NCBI GenBank assembly: GCA_048498835.1
Contig: JBEHXF010000004.1
Coordinates: 1,307 to 65,306 of the forward strand
Reading direction: 5' to 3'
DNA length: 64,000 nucleotides
DNA from: Chlamydiota bacterium
Lineage (GTDB): Bacteria > Chlamydiota > Chlamydiia > Chlamydiales > SM23-39
The translations under genes and the position numbers were made by a program. A model generated the notes under the pieces. The model ran no database searches, had not been told where the DNA came from, and saw only the letters and a list, made by a program, of their open reading frames with translations. Below, piece by piece: positions 45,464 through 54,009 of the stretch (within the stretch, counting starts at the first letter, position 1; every line of letters starts with the position of its first letter).

Positions 45464-46600
45464 ATGACCCAAACATTTCGCCAAAATCACATCATCGCCT
45501 TTTTTAAGACTTGGAAAGGGTCGAATCGACCGCTCGATTTGTCCTTAAGCGACTATTTCCGAGCACATAAAAGTCTCGGGTCGCACGATCGGCGCTACAT
45601 TGGCGATACGATTTATACCCTGGTACGATGGAAAAGCCTCTTCGACCAGATCGACCCCACCGACTCCATCTCCCTCCGCCTCCACCTACTTTCAAAACAG
45701 CCCATCGAGGAGTGGACCCAAGAACCTTCACTGACCGATTCAGCTCGACACGGCGCCTCCTCTTATCTGTTCGACAAGCTCTGCAGCGCCTATGGCTATA
45801 AACAAGCCTGCGCTCTCGCCACCGCTCTCAATACCCCAGCTCCAATCTCTATACGAGCCAATCTCCTCAAAACGACCCGAGAAGAACTCCTCGCCCGCTG
45901 GACAGCTCAATTTCAAGTCCGACCTGGCCATCTGGCACCCGCCTCGATTCTCTTCACGAAACGAGAGCCCCTTTTCACCCTTCCTGAATTCAAAGAAGGG
46001 CTCTTTGAAGTCCAAGACGAAGGAAGTCAGCTCATCTCTCAACTCATCGAAGCAAAAAGCGGCGATCGATTCCTCGACTTCTGCAGCGGCTCTGGCGGAA
46101 AAACCCTTGCGATTGCCCCGCATATGAAAGGAAAAGGAGAAATCTATCTCCACGATATCCGTCCTCATGCACTCCAAGAAGCAAAAAAAAGACTCCGCCG
46201 AGCTGGCGTCCAAAACGCCCAAATTTTAGAACCCGGCCACCCTACCCTTTCCAAACTGCTCAATAAAATGGACTGGGTATTAGCCGATGTTCCCTGTAGC
46301 GGCAGTGGAACGCTGCGCCGCAATCCCGAGATGAAGTGGAAAATCGATCAAGAGATGATCGACCGGCTCATCCAGGAGCAGCGGGACATCATCACCCAGG
46401 CGATCCGCTACCTAAAGCCCGGCGCCAAATTTGTCTACGCCACCTGCAGCATTTTCCCGGAAGAAAACGAAGAGCAAGTCGAATATTTCTTAAAACATCT
46501 GCCTATAAAGCTTGAAAAAGAGCCTCTTCGGCTCCTTCCTTCCGCCGGCGGATGCGACGGATTTTTCGCCGCCCTATTCAGAAAGGATAGTCCGCAATAA
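45464..46600 (+). CDS. rsmB: RsmB/Sun-family RNA (cytosine-C5) methyltransferase
   Basis: 378 aa. FLDFCSGSGGKT (SAM), DVPCSGSGTLRRNPEMKW, and YATCSIFPEENE (catalytic Cys motifs). Confidence 0.85.
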   Translation: MTQTFRQNHIIAFFKTWKGSNRPLDLSLSDYFRAHKSLGSHDRRYIGDTIYTLVRWKSLFDQIDPTDSISLRLHLLSKQPIEEWTQEPSLTDSARHGASSYLFDKLCSAYGYKQACALATALNTPAPISIRANLLKTTREELLARWTAQFQVRPGHLAPASILFTKREPLFTLPEFKEGLFEVQDEGSQLISQLIEAKSGDRFLDFCSGSGGKTLAIAPHMKGKGEIYLHDIRPHALQEAKKRLRRAGVQNAQILEPGHPTLSKLLNKMDWVLADVPCSGSGTLRRNPEMKWKIDQEMIDRLIQEQRDIITQAIRYLKPGAKFVYATCSIFPEENEEQVEYFLKHLPIKLEKEPLRLLPSAGGCDGFFAALFRKDSPQ

Positions 46601-46683
46601 GTTAAGACAGGTTTCTGCTTGTTAAGGACTATCCAGAAAAGAAATCTTTCAGTAAAATCCTTGCAATTGGAGATCTAACCATT

Positions 46684-47721
46684 ATGCAACGCAATTTTTT
46701 CTTCTTCACACTTTTTGCAACCAGCCTCTTCGCTGCACCTATGCCGCCGATGTCGATGGGCGACAATCAAAAAATTGGCGTACAGAATTCTATCCTTGCC
46801 AAAGTGAATGGCACGACCATCTCGATGATGGATGTGAAGAAAAAGATGGATCTGCTCTTCCATCAAAATTACCCCCATCTGCTCCACGCCAATCAAGCCC
46901 GCTTCCAATTTTATGAAGCAAGCTGGCGCCATGTGCTGATGGAAATGATCGATAACGAACTTCTCCTCGCCGACGCCGCCGATAAAGAAATTAAACTAGC
47001 AGACGCGGAAGTACGCGAGGAAATTGAAAACCGATTTGGTCCAAACGTGATGACCATGCTCGATAAAATCGGTCTCACCTATGACGAAGCTTGGAAGCTG
47101 ATTAAAAATGACATGATCGTGAAGAGAATGACTTGGTGGTTCATCCATTCCAAAGCGCTCTCGAAAGTAACTCCGCAAGATATCAAGGTAGCCTATCAGC
47201 ATAAACTCAAAGAAACCCCTCCTTATGTCGAGTGGACCTATCGCGTGATCACTCTCAAAGGAGAGCAACCAGCTGTCGCGGCAGAAGAACTCTACCAAAA
47301 AATTGAAGCGGCGTCTCCTGCTCCCGATCAACTCACTGCCATTTTAAAAGAGTTTGAAGCTACCCATTCAGGCGTCTCAGCTTCTCTCTCCAATGAATAC
47401 GTGGGGAAAGATATCGAGATTTCAGAAACACATCGAGCGGCTCTCTCCTCTCTTCAACCTGCTCAATACAGCAAGCCGCTGACCCAAACTCGCCGCGATA
47501 ATTCGGAAACGTGCCGAATCTTCTACTTAAGCCATGCAGTCGATCACCCAGCTCCGGCTTTTGAAGAGTTGGCCCCAATCCTTAAAAATGAGTTGATTCA
47601 AAAAGCCTCGGGCGAAATCTCGCAAAACTACATTGAGAAACTTCGCAAACACTACCGGTTTGATGCAAGTCATCTCAAAGAGACACTGCCAGACGATCTG
47701 CAACCTTTCGCGATCCAGTAA
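46684..47721 (+). CDS. SurA-like periplasmic chaperone / parvulin-family protein
   Basis: 345 aa. Signal peptide MQRNFFFFTLFATSLFA. The SurA N-domain pattern ILAKVNGTTISMMDVKKKMD...IDNELLLADA. Confidence 0.55.
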   Translation: MQRNFFFFTLFATSLFAAPMPPMSMGDNQKIGVQNSILAKVNGTTISMMDVKKKMDLLFHQNYPHLLHANQARFQFYEASWRHVLMEMIDNELLLADAADKEIKLADAEVREEIENRFGPNVMTMLDKIGLTYDEAWKLIKNDMIVKRMTWWFIHSKALSKVTPQDIKVAYQHKLKETPPYVEWTYRVITLKGEQPAVAAEELYQKIEAASPAPDQLTAILKEFEATHSGVSASLSNEYVGKDIEISETHRAALSSLQPAQYSKPLTQTRRDNSETCRIFYLSHAVDHPAPAFEELAPILKNELIQKASGEISQNYIEKLRKHYRFDASHLKETLPDDLQPFAIQ

Positions 47722-48521
47722 TGAATCTAACCGAGCTCCTTTCTTTTCTTGATGAAATTGGAGCTCGGCCTAATAAAGGCCTCTCGCAAAACTTTCTCAT
47801 CGATCCAGAGATCTTGCAGAAAATCGTAATCCTTGCTGATATTCAGCCAGGCGACTCAGTCTTAGAAGTCGGTCCAGGTCCTGGCGCGCTTACGCAAGAG
47901 CTTCTCAAAGCAGGCGCCAATGTTCTCGGTATCGAAAAAGATCGCCTTTTTGCCGATCATCTCTCCCGCCTACAAACTCCTGACCGCCGCCTCTCCATCG
48001 AACGAACCGACTTTCTCGACTATCCTCTCGATTCTCTTCCTCCAAAACCCTGGAAAGTGGTCGCCAACCTCCCCTACAACATCACAACACCGATTCTCGA
48101 AAAGCTCTGTCTCGAAGCGCCCCATTTCACCTCATTTACGATCATGGTCCAAAAAGAGGTGGCTGAGCGCATGAAAGCCAAGCCAAAAACGAAAGCCTTT
48201 GGCTCTCTCACTCTCTTTCTCCAATTCTACACTCGCTTTCACGGCTCCTTTCTCGTCTCGCGCAACAGCTTTTACCCCGCTCCTACCGTAGACTCAACCG
48301 TAATCCGCCTCGACACCCGTACGCCCCCCGATATCGATCCTGCGCGCCTCTTTCCCTTTATCCGAAAAGCCTACCAACAACGTCGGAAAATGCTCACCTC
48401 TTCCCTACGCGACATCTCTCCTCACATCGCGACCTACCTAACAGAACTCGGCCTCTCGCCGAAAGCCCGTCCTGAAGAACTCTCTCTCGACGAATGGATC
48501 GCCTTTGTTAAGAAGCTGTAG
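47721..48521 (+). CDS. rsmA: 16S rRNA (adenine1518/1519-N6)-dimethyltransferase
   Basis: 266 aa. LSQNFLIDPEI, VLEVGPGPGALT, ANLPYNITTPIL. TAATG overlap with the upstream gene. Confidence 0.94.
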   Translation: MNLTELLSFLDEIGARPNKGLSQNFLIDPEILQKIVILADIQPGDSVLEVGPGPGALTQELLKAGANVLGIEKDRLFADHLSRLQTPDRRLSIERTDFLDYPLDSLPPKPWKVVANLPYNITTPILEKLCLEAPHFTSFTIMVQKEVAERMKAKPKTKAFGSLTLFLQFYTRFHGSFLVSRNSFYPAPTVDSTVIRLDTRTPPDIDPARLFPFIRKAYQQRRKMLTSSLRDISPHIATYLTELGLSPKARPEELSLDEWIAFVKKL

Positions 48522-49026
48522 ATTTTTCCTCTTCCACTTGTTGACAGGCCCTATGAAGCAATCTCAAACCTGCTTGAATTGGACAATCGACTATATTTTT
48601 CGAGATCGTAAGAAGTTCAACTTTTAAAACGTCAAAAGATTTGCTCTTTGAAACAAGATTTCCTTTAATTTTTACAGCGTTACCGATAAACGCACCCGCC
48701 TCTGAGGCATTGAGTTCAAGAGACTCAGCCACATTGAGATCATTTAAAAAGAAGATGTATTTTGCGAAGACCTTCATTGTGGTCACTTCTACTTTTCCCA
48801 ACGCGAGAAACACCTCACAGCGAATTCCAATAGGACCTAACGCGTCATCATCTAAAGTAGCATTTTTACCTACAATGTAATAATCCCCTCTCCATTCATT
48901 GTGCTCGAGCTCCCTATTCCAGATAACTCTTCCCCCATTTTTTACATGATCGGGATTCCGTTGAGCATAGTCGATCGCAGAACGGATTCGCTCGGCATCA
49001 TAATGACTAGCTATAACCAAATTCAT
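48508..49026 (-). CDS. hypothetical protein (orphan, divergent from the XRE/Fic pair)
   Basis: ORF track 48508..49095. I prefer the ATG at 49026 (MNLVIASHYDAERI...), which has a good SD AAGAGG 7 nt upstream. No recognisable domain. Its 3' end overlaps the rsmA 3' end by 14 nt (convergent). Confidence 0.5.
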   Translation of the reverse strand: MNLVIASHYDAERIRSAIDYAQRNPDHVKNGGRVIWNRELEHNEWRGDYYIVGKNATLDDDALGPIGIRCEVFLALGKVEVTTMKVFAKYIFFLNDLNVAESLELNASEAGAFIGNAVKIKGNLVSKSKSFDVLKVELLTISKNIVDCPIQAGLRLLHRACQQVEEEKSTAS

Positions 49027-49092
49027 AACAACCTCTTTTTTAAGGGCTTGACATGCTATCAAATAAAAGAATTTGAAGTAACACTCATTATT

Positions 49093-49110
49093 CATCCCCT
49101 TTTAGATATA
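49093..49110. promoter_or_regulatory. operator-like imperfect palindrome, site 0 (CATCCCCTTTTAGATATA)
   Basis: Its reverse complement matches site 1 at 15/18. Its centre is 33 bp from the site 1 centre. Confidence 0.45.
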
Positions 49111-49125
49111 AAAAATCACAGAAAA

Positions 49126-49143
49126 TATACCCAAAAGGGGATA
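49126..49143. promoter_or_regulatory. operator-like palindrome, site 1 (TATACCCAAAAGGGGATA)
   Basis: Imperfect 18-bp palindrome with half-sites TATACCC / GGGGATA around AAAA. Confidence 0.55.
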
Positions 49144-49149
49144 CAGAAT

Positions 49150-49178
49150 TAGACAAAAAATACCCTTTTGGGTATTAA
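49150..49178 (+). promoter_or_regulatory. putative sigma-70-type promoter of the XRE/Fic operon
   Basis: -35 TAGACA (49150-49155), 17-bp spacer, -10 TATTAA (49173-49178). This is about 28 nt upstream of the ATG at 49206. Operator site 2 fills the spacer and the -10. Confidence 0.4.
49159..49176. promoter_or_regulatory. operator-like perfect palindrome, site 2 (AATACCCTTTTGGGTATT)
   Basis: Perfect 18-bp palindrome. Its centre is 33 bp from site 1. It overlaps the putative -10. Confidence 0.6.
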
Positions 49179-49205
49179 TTAGGAAAGATTCGATTGGGGG
49201 TTTGA

Positions 49206-49655
49206 ATGCTTAAAACTGAGGAAAAGTTCATTGATAACTTGCTACAAGCAGGCGCCTCCTTATCATCTGAATGGGTTGGCCATCAACCGAGAATTTTCCT
49301 TCGCTCTTTACGAAAGCGTCTACGGATGACTCAGACACAACTAGCCAAACGTGTCGGACTTCCACAATCCTACATTGCCAAAGTCGAGTCAGGTGTCAAA
49401 AAACCAACACTTGATACATGGGAAAAAATCTTTCGAGGCTTATATGCTTCCATCACCCTTCTCTTAATTCCCGAAAAAATGCCAGCGGAGATTTTAGAAA
49501 GCCAAGCTTTAGAAGCTGCAAAAAAAAGAGTAAAATATGTAGCCGGGACAATGGCGCTAGAAGAACAGCTTCCATCATCCGAAGCTTTACGAGAGATGGT
49601 GCAGGAAGAAAAGCAGCGATTACTCGAGTCCAAAACTACTAAAATTTGGGATTAG
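49206..49655 (+). CDS. XRE-family helix-turn-helix protein ('mobile mystery protein A'-like)
   Basis: 149 aa. HTH LRMTQTQLAKRVGLPQSYIAKVESGVKKPTLDTWEKIF. It lies directly upstream of a Fic gene (3-nt gap). Confidence 0.75.
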   Translation: MLKTEEKFIDNLLQAGASLSSEWVGHQPRIFLRSLRKRLRMTQTQLAKRVGLPQSYIAKVESGVKKPTLDTWEKIFRGLYASITLLLIPEKMPAEILESQALEAAKKRVKYVAGTMALEEQLPSSEALREMVQEEKQRLLESKTTKIWD

Positions 49656-49658
49656 AAC

Positions 49659-50267
49659 ATGTTAGATTTCCCTCTCGGAGCTACTCCCATACACGATAGC
49701 AGCGGACTCAAACTTCCATGGATTAAAAGTAAAATTCGACTTGATGCCGCTGAAGCGGAGTCAATTTTAAAAGCAGTATCGAAATATTTCTCACAAAGAA
49801 AATTTCCTCTTTCATGGTTTAACGAGAAAACACTCAAAAAAATCCACGCTGATATGTTCGGTGAAGTTTGGGACTGGGCAGGCACTTACTATCAAGGTCC
49901 ACTCCGGAATATCGGCATCAACTCTGCTTACATTCCCCATCAATTAAGAGAGCTTTGTCAAGATGTTCAATTTTGGCTTCAGCATAAAACTGATCTTTCC
50001 TTCCTAGAACAAAGCGCTCGAATTCACGCTCGACTCGCACAAATTCATCCATTCCCAAATGGAAATGGGCGACATGCTCGTCTAACAGCTGATCTTTATC
50101 TTTTTTCTGCAGGTGGTACACGACCACATTGGCCCGAACAAATCATTACATCTAATACAAATCTCCGAAAAGAATATATCCAATCTCTAAAGAATGCCGA
50201 TCGAGGAGACTATTCAGATCTTCTCCATCTAATTATTAAATATGGCGGAGGCAATCCAGGAAACTAA
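49659..50267 (+). CDS. Fic-domain protein ('mobile mystery protein B'-like)
   Basis: 202 aa. Fic motif HPFPNGNGRHAR (HxFx[D/E/N]GNGRxxR). The size and the XRE partner fit the TIGR02612/TIGR02613 pair as I recall it. Confidence 0.8.
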   Translation: MLDFPLGATPIHDSSGLKLPWIKSKIRLDAAEAESILKAVSKYFSQRKFPLSWFNEKTLKKIHADMFGEVWDWAGTYYQGPLRNIGINSAYIPHQLRELCQDVQFWLQHKTDLSFLEQSARIHARLAQIHPFPNGNGRHARLTADLYLFSAGGTRPHWPEQIITSNTNLRKEYIQSLKNADRGDYSDLLHLIIKYGGGNPGN

Positions 50268-50273
50268 ATCGCT

Positions 50274-51452
50274 TTAGCGGAAAAATTTATCCCACTTCTC
50301 TTTCAGGACGAAAAAGAGGGTTTGCTCTACCCCCTCTCGTGCATAGAGATCGGTTTTAGCAAGAAGGTTGTTGTATTGATCAAAAGCTCGCACCTCGCCA
50401 ACCTTTTGCCCTTTCTTGATGGGCAAGCTGAGATTTTCCCACTGCACAAAGGCTTTGATTTCGGGCTCTTCTGCTGGATAATAGCTGAAGTTAAAGTCCT
50501 GCGTTAAAACAGCAATTAAGGGCTGCTTGGCACCGGGAAGCGCTTTGTTATAGGTTTGAGTCGCAGGAACGAGAAGTCTTTGCACAGGATGCTCAGCAAA
50601 GGCGATCTCAAAGAGATTGCGCGCATCTTCGTATCGCTCATGTCGCTTTGAGCCACCCAAAACGACCGCAACGAGGGTCCTTCCCTCGTGACTCGCCGCC
50701 CCTACGAGAACAAACCCCGCGGGAGTATGATAGCCCGTCTTCACTCCTATCGCCTTCGAATAGAAGTACTTAGAACCTTCGACCATGAGTTGGTTAAATT
50801 GCTTTAACTCAGTCATTTGATGTTTATTGGTCGGAGGATTTAAGTAAGATTGCTTTGAAACAATCTCTCGAAAGGTAGGCAAATGGATCGCATGCCTGGC
50901 CATAACAGCTAGATCGTAAGCGGTGGTCACATGGTCTGGATCATGATAGCCATGCGGATTGCAAAACTTTGTATTCTGACAACCAATCTGTTTTAGGTAA
51001 TGATTCAATTCCTCCATAAAAGAGGGCACGGTGCCGCTGACTGCTTCAGCAATGGCGTTCGCCGCATCATTGCCAGAGACGAGCATCAGACCATGCAACA
51101 GGGCTTCCATAGTCACAGTCTCGCCTCGGACTAGCCCCATTTTTGTCGCATCGCTCTCCAACCACCAGGACGGAGCTTCATTTCGATTCTTAGCGGTCTT
51201 AACGCGAACCGCTTCCGGAGAAACCGTTACTTTCTGGTTGAGATCGACCCGCTTTTCATCTAATACAAAGAGAGCGGTAGCGATTTTTGTTGTGCTCGCT
51301 GGGAAGGCAGGCACATGAGCTTGCTTTTCATAAAGGATGGCGCCTGTGTCAGCATTCACTAATATAGCGTGGCGGGCGTGCAGATCGACGGGCAAACCCT
51401 TTGCCAATAACCCTGTTCCACAAAAACACAAACACCAGAAAATCAATCTCAT
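50274..51452 (-). CDS. dacC: D-alanyl-D-alanine carboxypeptidase (PBP5/6 class)
   Basis: 392 aa with a signal peptide. SxxK = ASTTKIAT, SxN = VSGNDAA, KTG = VKTGYH. Confidence 0.9.
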   Translation of the reverse strand: MRLIFWCLCFCGTGLLAKGLPVDLHARHAILVNADTGAILYEKQAHVPAFPASTTKIATALFVLDEKRVDLNQKVTVSPEAVRVKTAKNRNEAPSWWLESDATKMGLVRGETVTMEALLHGLMLVSGNDAANAIAEAVSGTVPSFMEELNHYLKQIGCQNTKFCNPHGYHDPDHVTTAYDLAVMARHAIHLPTFREIVSKQSYLNPPTNKHQMTELKQFNQLMVEGSKYFYSKAIGVKTGYHTPAGFVLVGAASHEGRTLVAVVLGGSKRHERYEDARNLFEIAFAEHPVQRLLVPATQTYNKALPGAKQPLIAVLTQDFNFSYYPAEEPEIKAFVQWENLSLPIKKGQKVGEVRAFDQYNNLLAKTDLYAREGVEQTLFFVLKEKWDKFFR

Positions 51453-51573
51453 ATTAGACGCTGATTCTAAGCTTCACCCCTCGCTACTGTCAAACTCAAA
51501 TTCATCTAATTGACAAGGAATCTATCACTTCATATAATGAGGGAACGGTGTGTTAGCGACCAAGGAGGCCGTG

Positions 51574-52005
51574 ATGTTAAATCCAGCTCAGATCGAAGAC
51601 GCTTACAAAGAATTCATGACCAACCTCGGCCAGTGGGCTCATGATGGGATTACTCCAATCGATCTGAAGTTCCTCCATGAATCGGGTCTTCTTCAAACGC
51701 TACAAGAAGAACAAGGCGATCCCGACGATCTGACACAATATTTCCACGTTATTGAAAGCGTTGAAAAAGTGACGCTTTTTAACGATCAATTCATCGTTTG
51801 GATTATTCCTAAAGTGGAATCGGATCAACCGGTCACTTACGTGATGATTGCGCTGAATCAACCAGAAAAGGCTCACCTAGAAATTGTCTTTTCGACGAAC
51901 GGCGTGTACAACACTCCCCGCTACGTTTTGAAAGTGCTTCAACATTTCCTGGTTGATATGCTCGAAACAGAAGCGACTCTTACTTCAATCGAGAAGAATC
52001 AGTAG
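51574..52005 (+). CDS. hypothetical protein (position of CT550 between dacC and rsbW)
   Basis: ORF track 51550..52005. Start set at the ATG at 51574, 5 nt after a strong SD AAGGAGG. No motif. The 3' end overlaps rsbW by 26 nt (convergent). Confidence 0.55.
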   Translation: MLNPAQIEDAYKEFMTNLGQWAHDGITPIDLKFLHESGLLQTLQEEQGDPDDLTQYFHVIESVEKVTLFNDQFIVWIIPKVESDQPVTYVMIALNQPEKAHLEIVFSTNGVYNTPRYVLKVLQHFLVDMLETEATLTSIEKNQ

Positions 52006-52420
52006 TTTCCCCAAAACGCTTGATCAGGACGAGGATATTCGTATCCTTGTCTCTCTTGTAGTAGACCTCATCCATGTATTGTCGAATAAAGAGAATGCCG
52101 AGGCCTCCAATAGGTCGCTCTTCTAACGTTGCAAGCGGATTGAAGTGAGTCGCTTTTTGTAAAGGGTCAAAAGCTGGGCCATTATCTCGCAAAACAAGCT
52201 CAACAGTCCCCTGCTTCACCTCTCTGATTCGCAGCTGAATGATCCCTTTTTTGCTTTTGTAGGCGTGTTCGATGATGTTGACAAGCGCCTCTTCCGATGC
52301 GAGCTCAATCTTCCGAATCGTTGTCTCCTCGCAATGAATAGAATGAAGATGACCTCGAATCCAGTTAAGGATTGAGGACAATTCGCTCACTGCGGCTGAA
52401 AAAGTCTTCTGGTCGTCCAA
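51980..52420 (-). CDS. rsbW: anti-sigma regulatory factor, serine-protein kinase (RsbW-like, HATPase)
   Basis: 146 aa with a TTG start. N-box ASEEALVNIIEHAY. LRDNGPAFDP. G-box GGLGILFIRQYMDEV. Confidence 0.85.
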   Translation of the reverse strand: MDDQKTFSAAVSELSSILNWIRGHLHSIHCEETTIRKIELASEEALVNIIEHAYKSKKGIIQLRIREVKQGTVELVLRDNGPAFDPLQKATHFNPLATLEERPIGGLGILFIRQYMDEVYYKRDKDTNILVLIKRFGETTDSSRLK

Positions 52421-52458
52421 GGATGAAAGTAAAAAATTTCGTTTTTAACCCGTCATTT

Positions 52459-53043
52459 CTACCATTCGGACGATATCGCGTCGACTATTTTTTGAGAAAT
52501 TTTTCGATATAAGGGTCTTGTGGAAGCTTCTTGAGCCGCTTCAATCGATTCCAATTGGCCCAGCGAAAAAGGCAAAACAACCTCTGTTTCTCCGTGTGAT
52601 GAAACAAACGTCAACTGCGGATAGGAATCACCATCGACATAATCGTAATCTACATCTGCGGCGATTTTGTGAGGTCCAGAAACTATCTCCTCTCCTTTAC
52701 AGAGAGAAACCTCAGTCACTAAACGACGACGACCTTCACAAGCTTGCAGTTGGTGGTAGATTTTATTTTTGATTCTCTGAGGATCGCGTCGGTAGCCAAT
52801 AGAATCGTTTTGATTTTCAAGGATAGAGACATTGAGCCGATACTCGCCAGAATGATTGCGCACGACAACAAGACCTGAACTGCTCAGTTGGCTGATCAGT
52901 TCATTGGTCAGCGAGCCATCATCATCGCCTTTTACATAGGGAATGGAAACGCTAGGCCTTCTTCCCTCGGGATAATCGAAGCCCCAATGGTAACCGCAAC
53001 CTGAGATAAGAAGGAGCAAAACGAGAGAGGCCTCTCCCCTCAA
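52459..53043 (-). CDS. LptE-like LPS-assembly lipoprotein
   Basis: 194 aa. TTG start in a TTGA overlap with the upstream stop. Lipobox LLISGC followed by GYHWG (compare E. coli LptE GCGWHLR). The family call rests on this pattern and on the neighbourhood. Confidence 0.5.
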   Translation of the reverse strand: MRGEASLVLLLLISGCGYHWGFDYPEGRRPSVSIPYVKGDDDGSLTNELISQLSSSGLVVVRNHSGEYRLNVSILENQNDSIGYRRDPQRIKNKIYHQLQACEGRRRLVTEVSLCKGEEIVSGPHKIAADVDYDYVDGDSYPQLTFVSSHGETEVVLPFSLGQLESIEAAQEASTRPLYRKISQKIVDAISSEW

Positions 53044-53999
53044 AACTGATTCTCTTGTTGCAGGGCTTCAAGCTTTTCGCGCGCTTTATCAGCAGCTTTC
53101 GTCTTCGGATATTTCGCAATCACCTTATTATAATAGATGATCGAAGCAGGCACCTTTTTCGTTCGCTGAAAAAATAGTCCGGTTTCAAGGAGATTATCTG
53201 CGAAGAGCTCTTGCGTTTCGAAGAAGATTTTTTCCGCTTCTGCAATGCGCGGCTCTCTTGGGAAGGCGAGCTTAAATTTGCGCAAGTTCACCTCAGCGAG
53301 ATCGAGCACATCTAGATCAAGGCTTGTATTTTTGCACTGCGTTAAATAAATGCGGTTCACTTCCAAGAACGCTTGCGCAGCCATTTCATGTTTTGGAAAG
53401 CGACGAATGAGCGAATGAAGCGTTTCAACAGCTGGCTTATAATCTTCCAGCTCTGCCTGAACAATCGCTTTGCCCAAGAGGGATTTAACCGCAAATTCGC
53501 TATGGGGCAAAGAGGTAATTACTTCATCGTAGATTTGAACGGCGTCTTCTTGCGCTGGGAGCCATTTGGGCATTTTATGAAAACCGAAAAGCGGTTTTTT
53601 TGCCCCATTTTTAAACGCTTCAGCAATCTCAAACTTCATCTGAATTGCTTCTTCAAAATGGGAATGATTGGTTGAACTATTCAAATAGCTGGTCAGCGTT
53701 GCATTGGCTAATTCAAACTGTCCCAATTGATAATAGGCTAATCCAGCCTGGAAAGGAGTTTCTTGTGCAAAAGGAGTCGTGGGGAATTGGTGTGAAATGA
53801 TATCGGCGAAATCAATAGCAGCCCACCAATTTTTCTCTGCAATAGCAGACTGGAGATAGCTATTGACATCAGTGACCGTTTGTTGTTCCCAGGCGATCTC
53901 TTGCTCTTGAGCGACAAGAGGCGAAGCTAGTACTAAAAGAGACAATATATATTTTTTCATAACACTCTTCAATGGAACCATCCAGGGTAGGTCATTCAA
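53040..53999 (-). CDS. BamD/YfiO-like TPR outer-membrane assembly protein
   Basis: 319 aa. Probable start MKKYILSLLVLASPLVA at 53960. TPR-like helices throughout (AGLAYYQLGQFELA, IIYYNKVIAKYPKTKAA). There is no lipobox Cys. Confidence 0.5.
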   Translation of the reverse strand: MNDLPWMVPLKSVMKKYILSLLVLASPLVAQEQEIAWEQQTVTDVNSYLQSAIAEKNWWAAIDFADIISHQFPTTPFAQETPFQAGLAYYQLGQFELANATLTSYLNSSTNHSHFEEAIQMKFEIAEAFKNGAKKPLFGFHKMPKWLPAQEDAVQIYDEVITSLPHSEFAVKSLLGKAIVQAELEDYKPAVETLHSLIRRFPKHEMAAQAFLEVNRIYLTQCKNTSLDLDVLDLAEVNLRKFKLAFPREPRIAEAEKIFFETQELFADNLLETGLFFQRTKKVPASIIYYNKVIAKYPKTKAADKAREKLEALQQENQF

Positions 54000-54009
54000 G
54001 CCGATTCTG

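Noticed and set aside
49206-50267. Search for a Fic inhibitory helix motif (S/T)xxxE(G/N) in the XRE protein or the Fic N-terminus.
   Set aside because: I found none by eye; the nearest candidates (SQALEA, TMALEE, SWFNEK) fail at the last position. I cannot classify the Fic subclass from sequence reading alone, so I make no claim about it.
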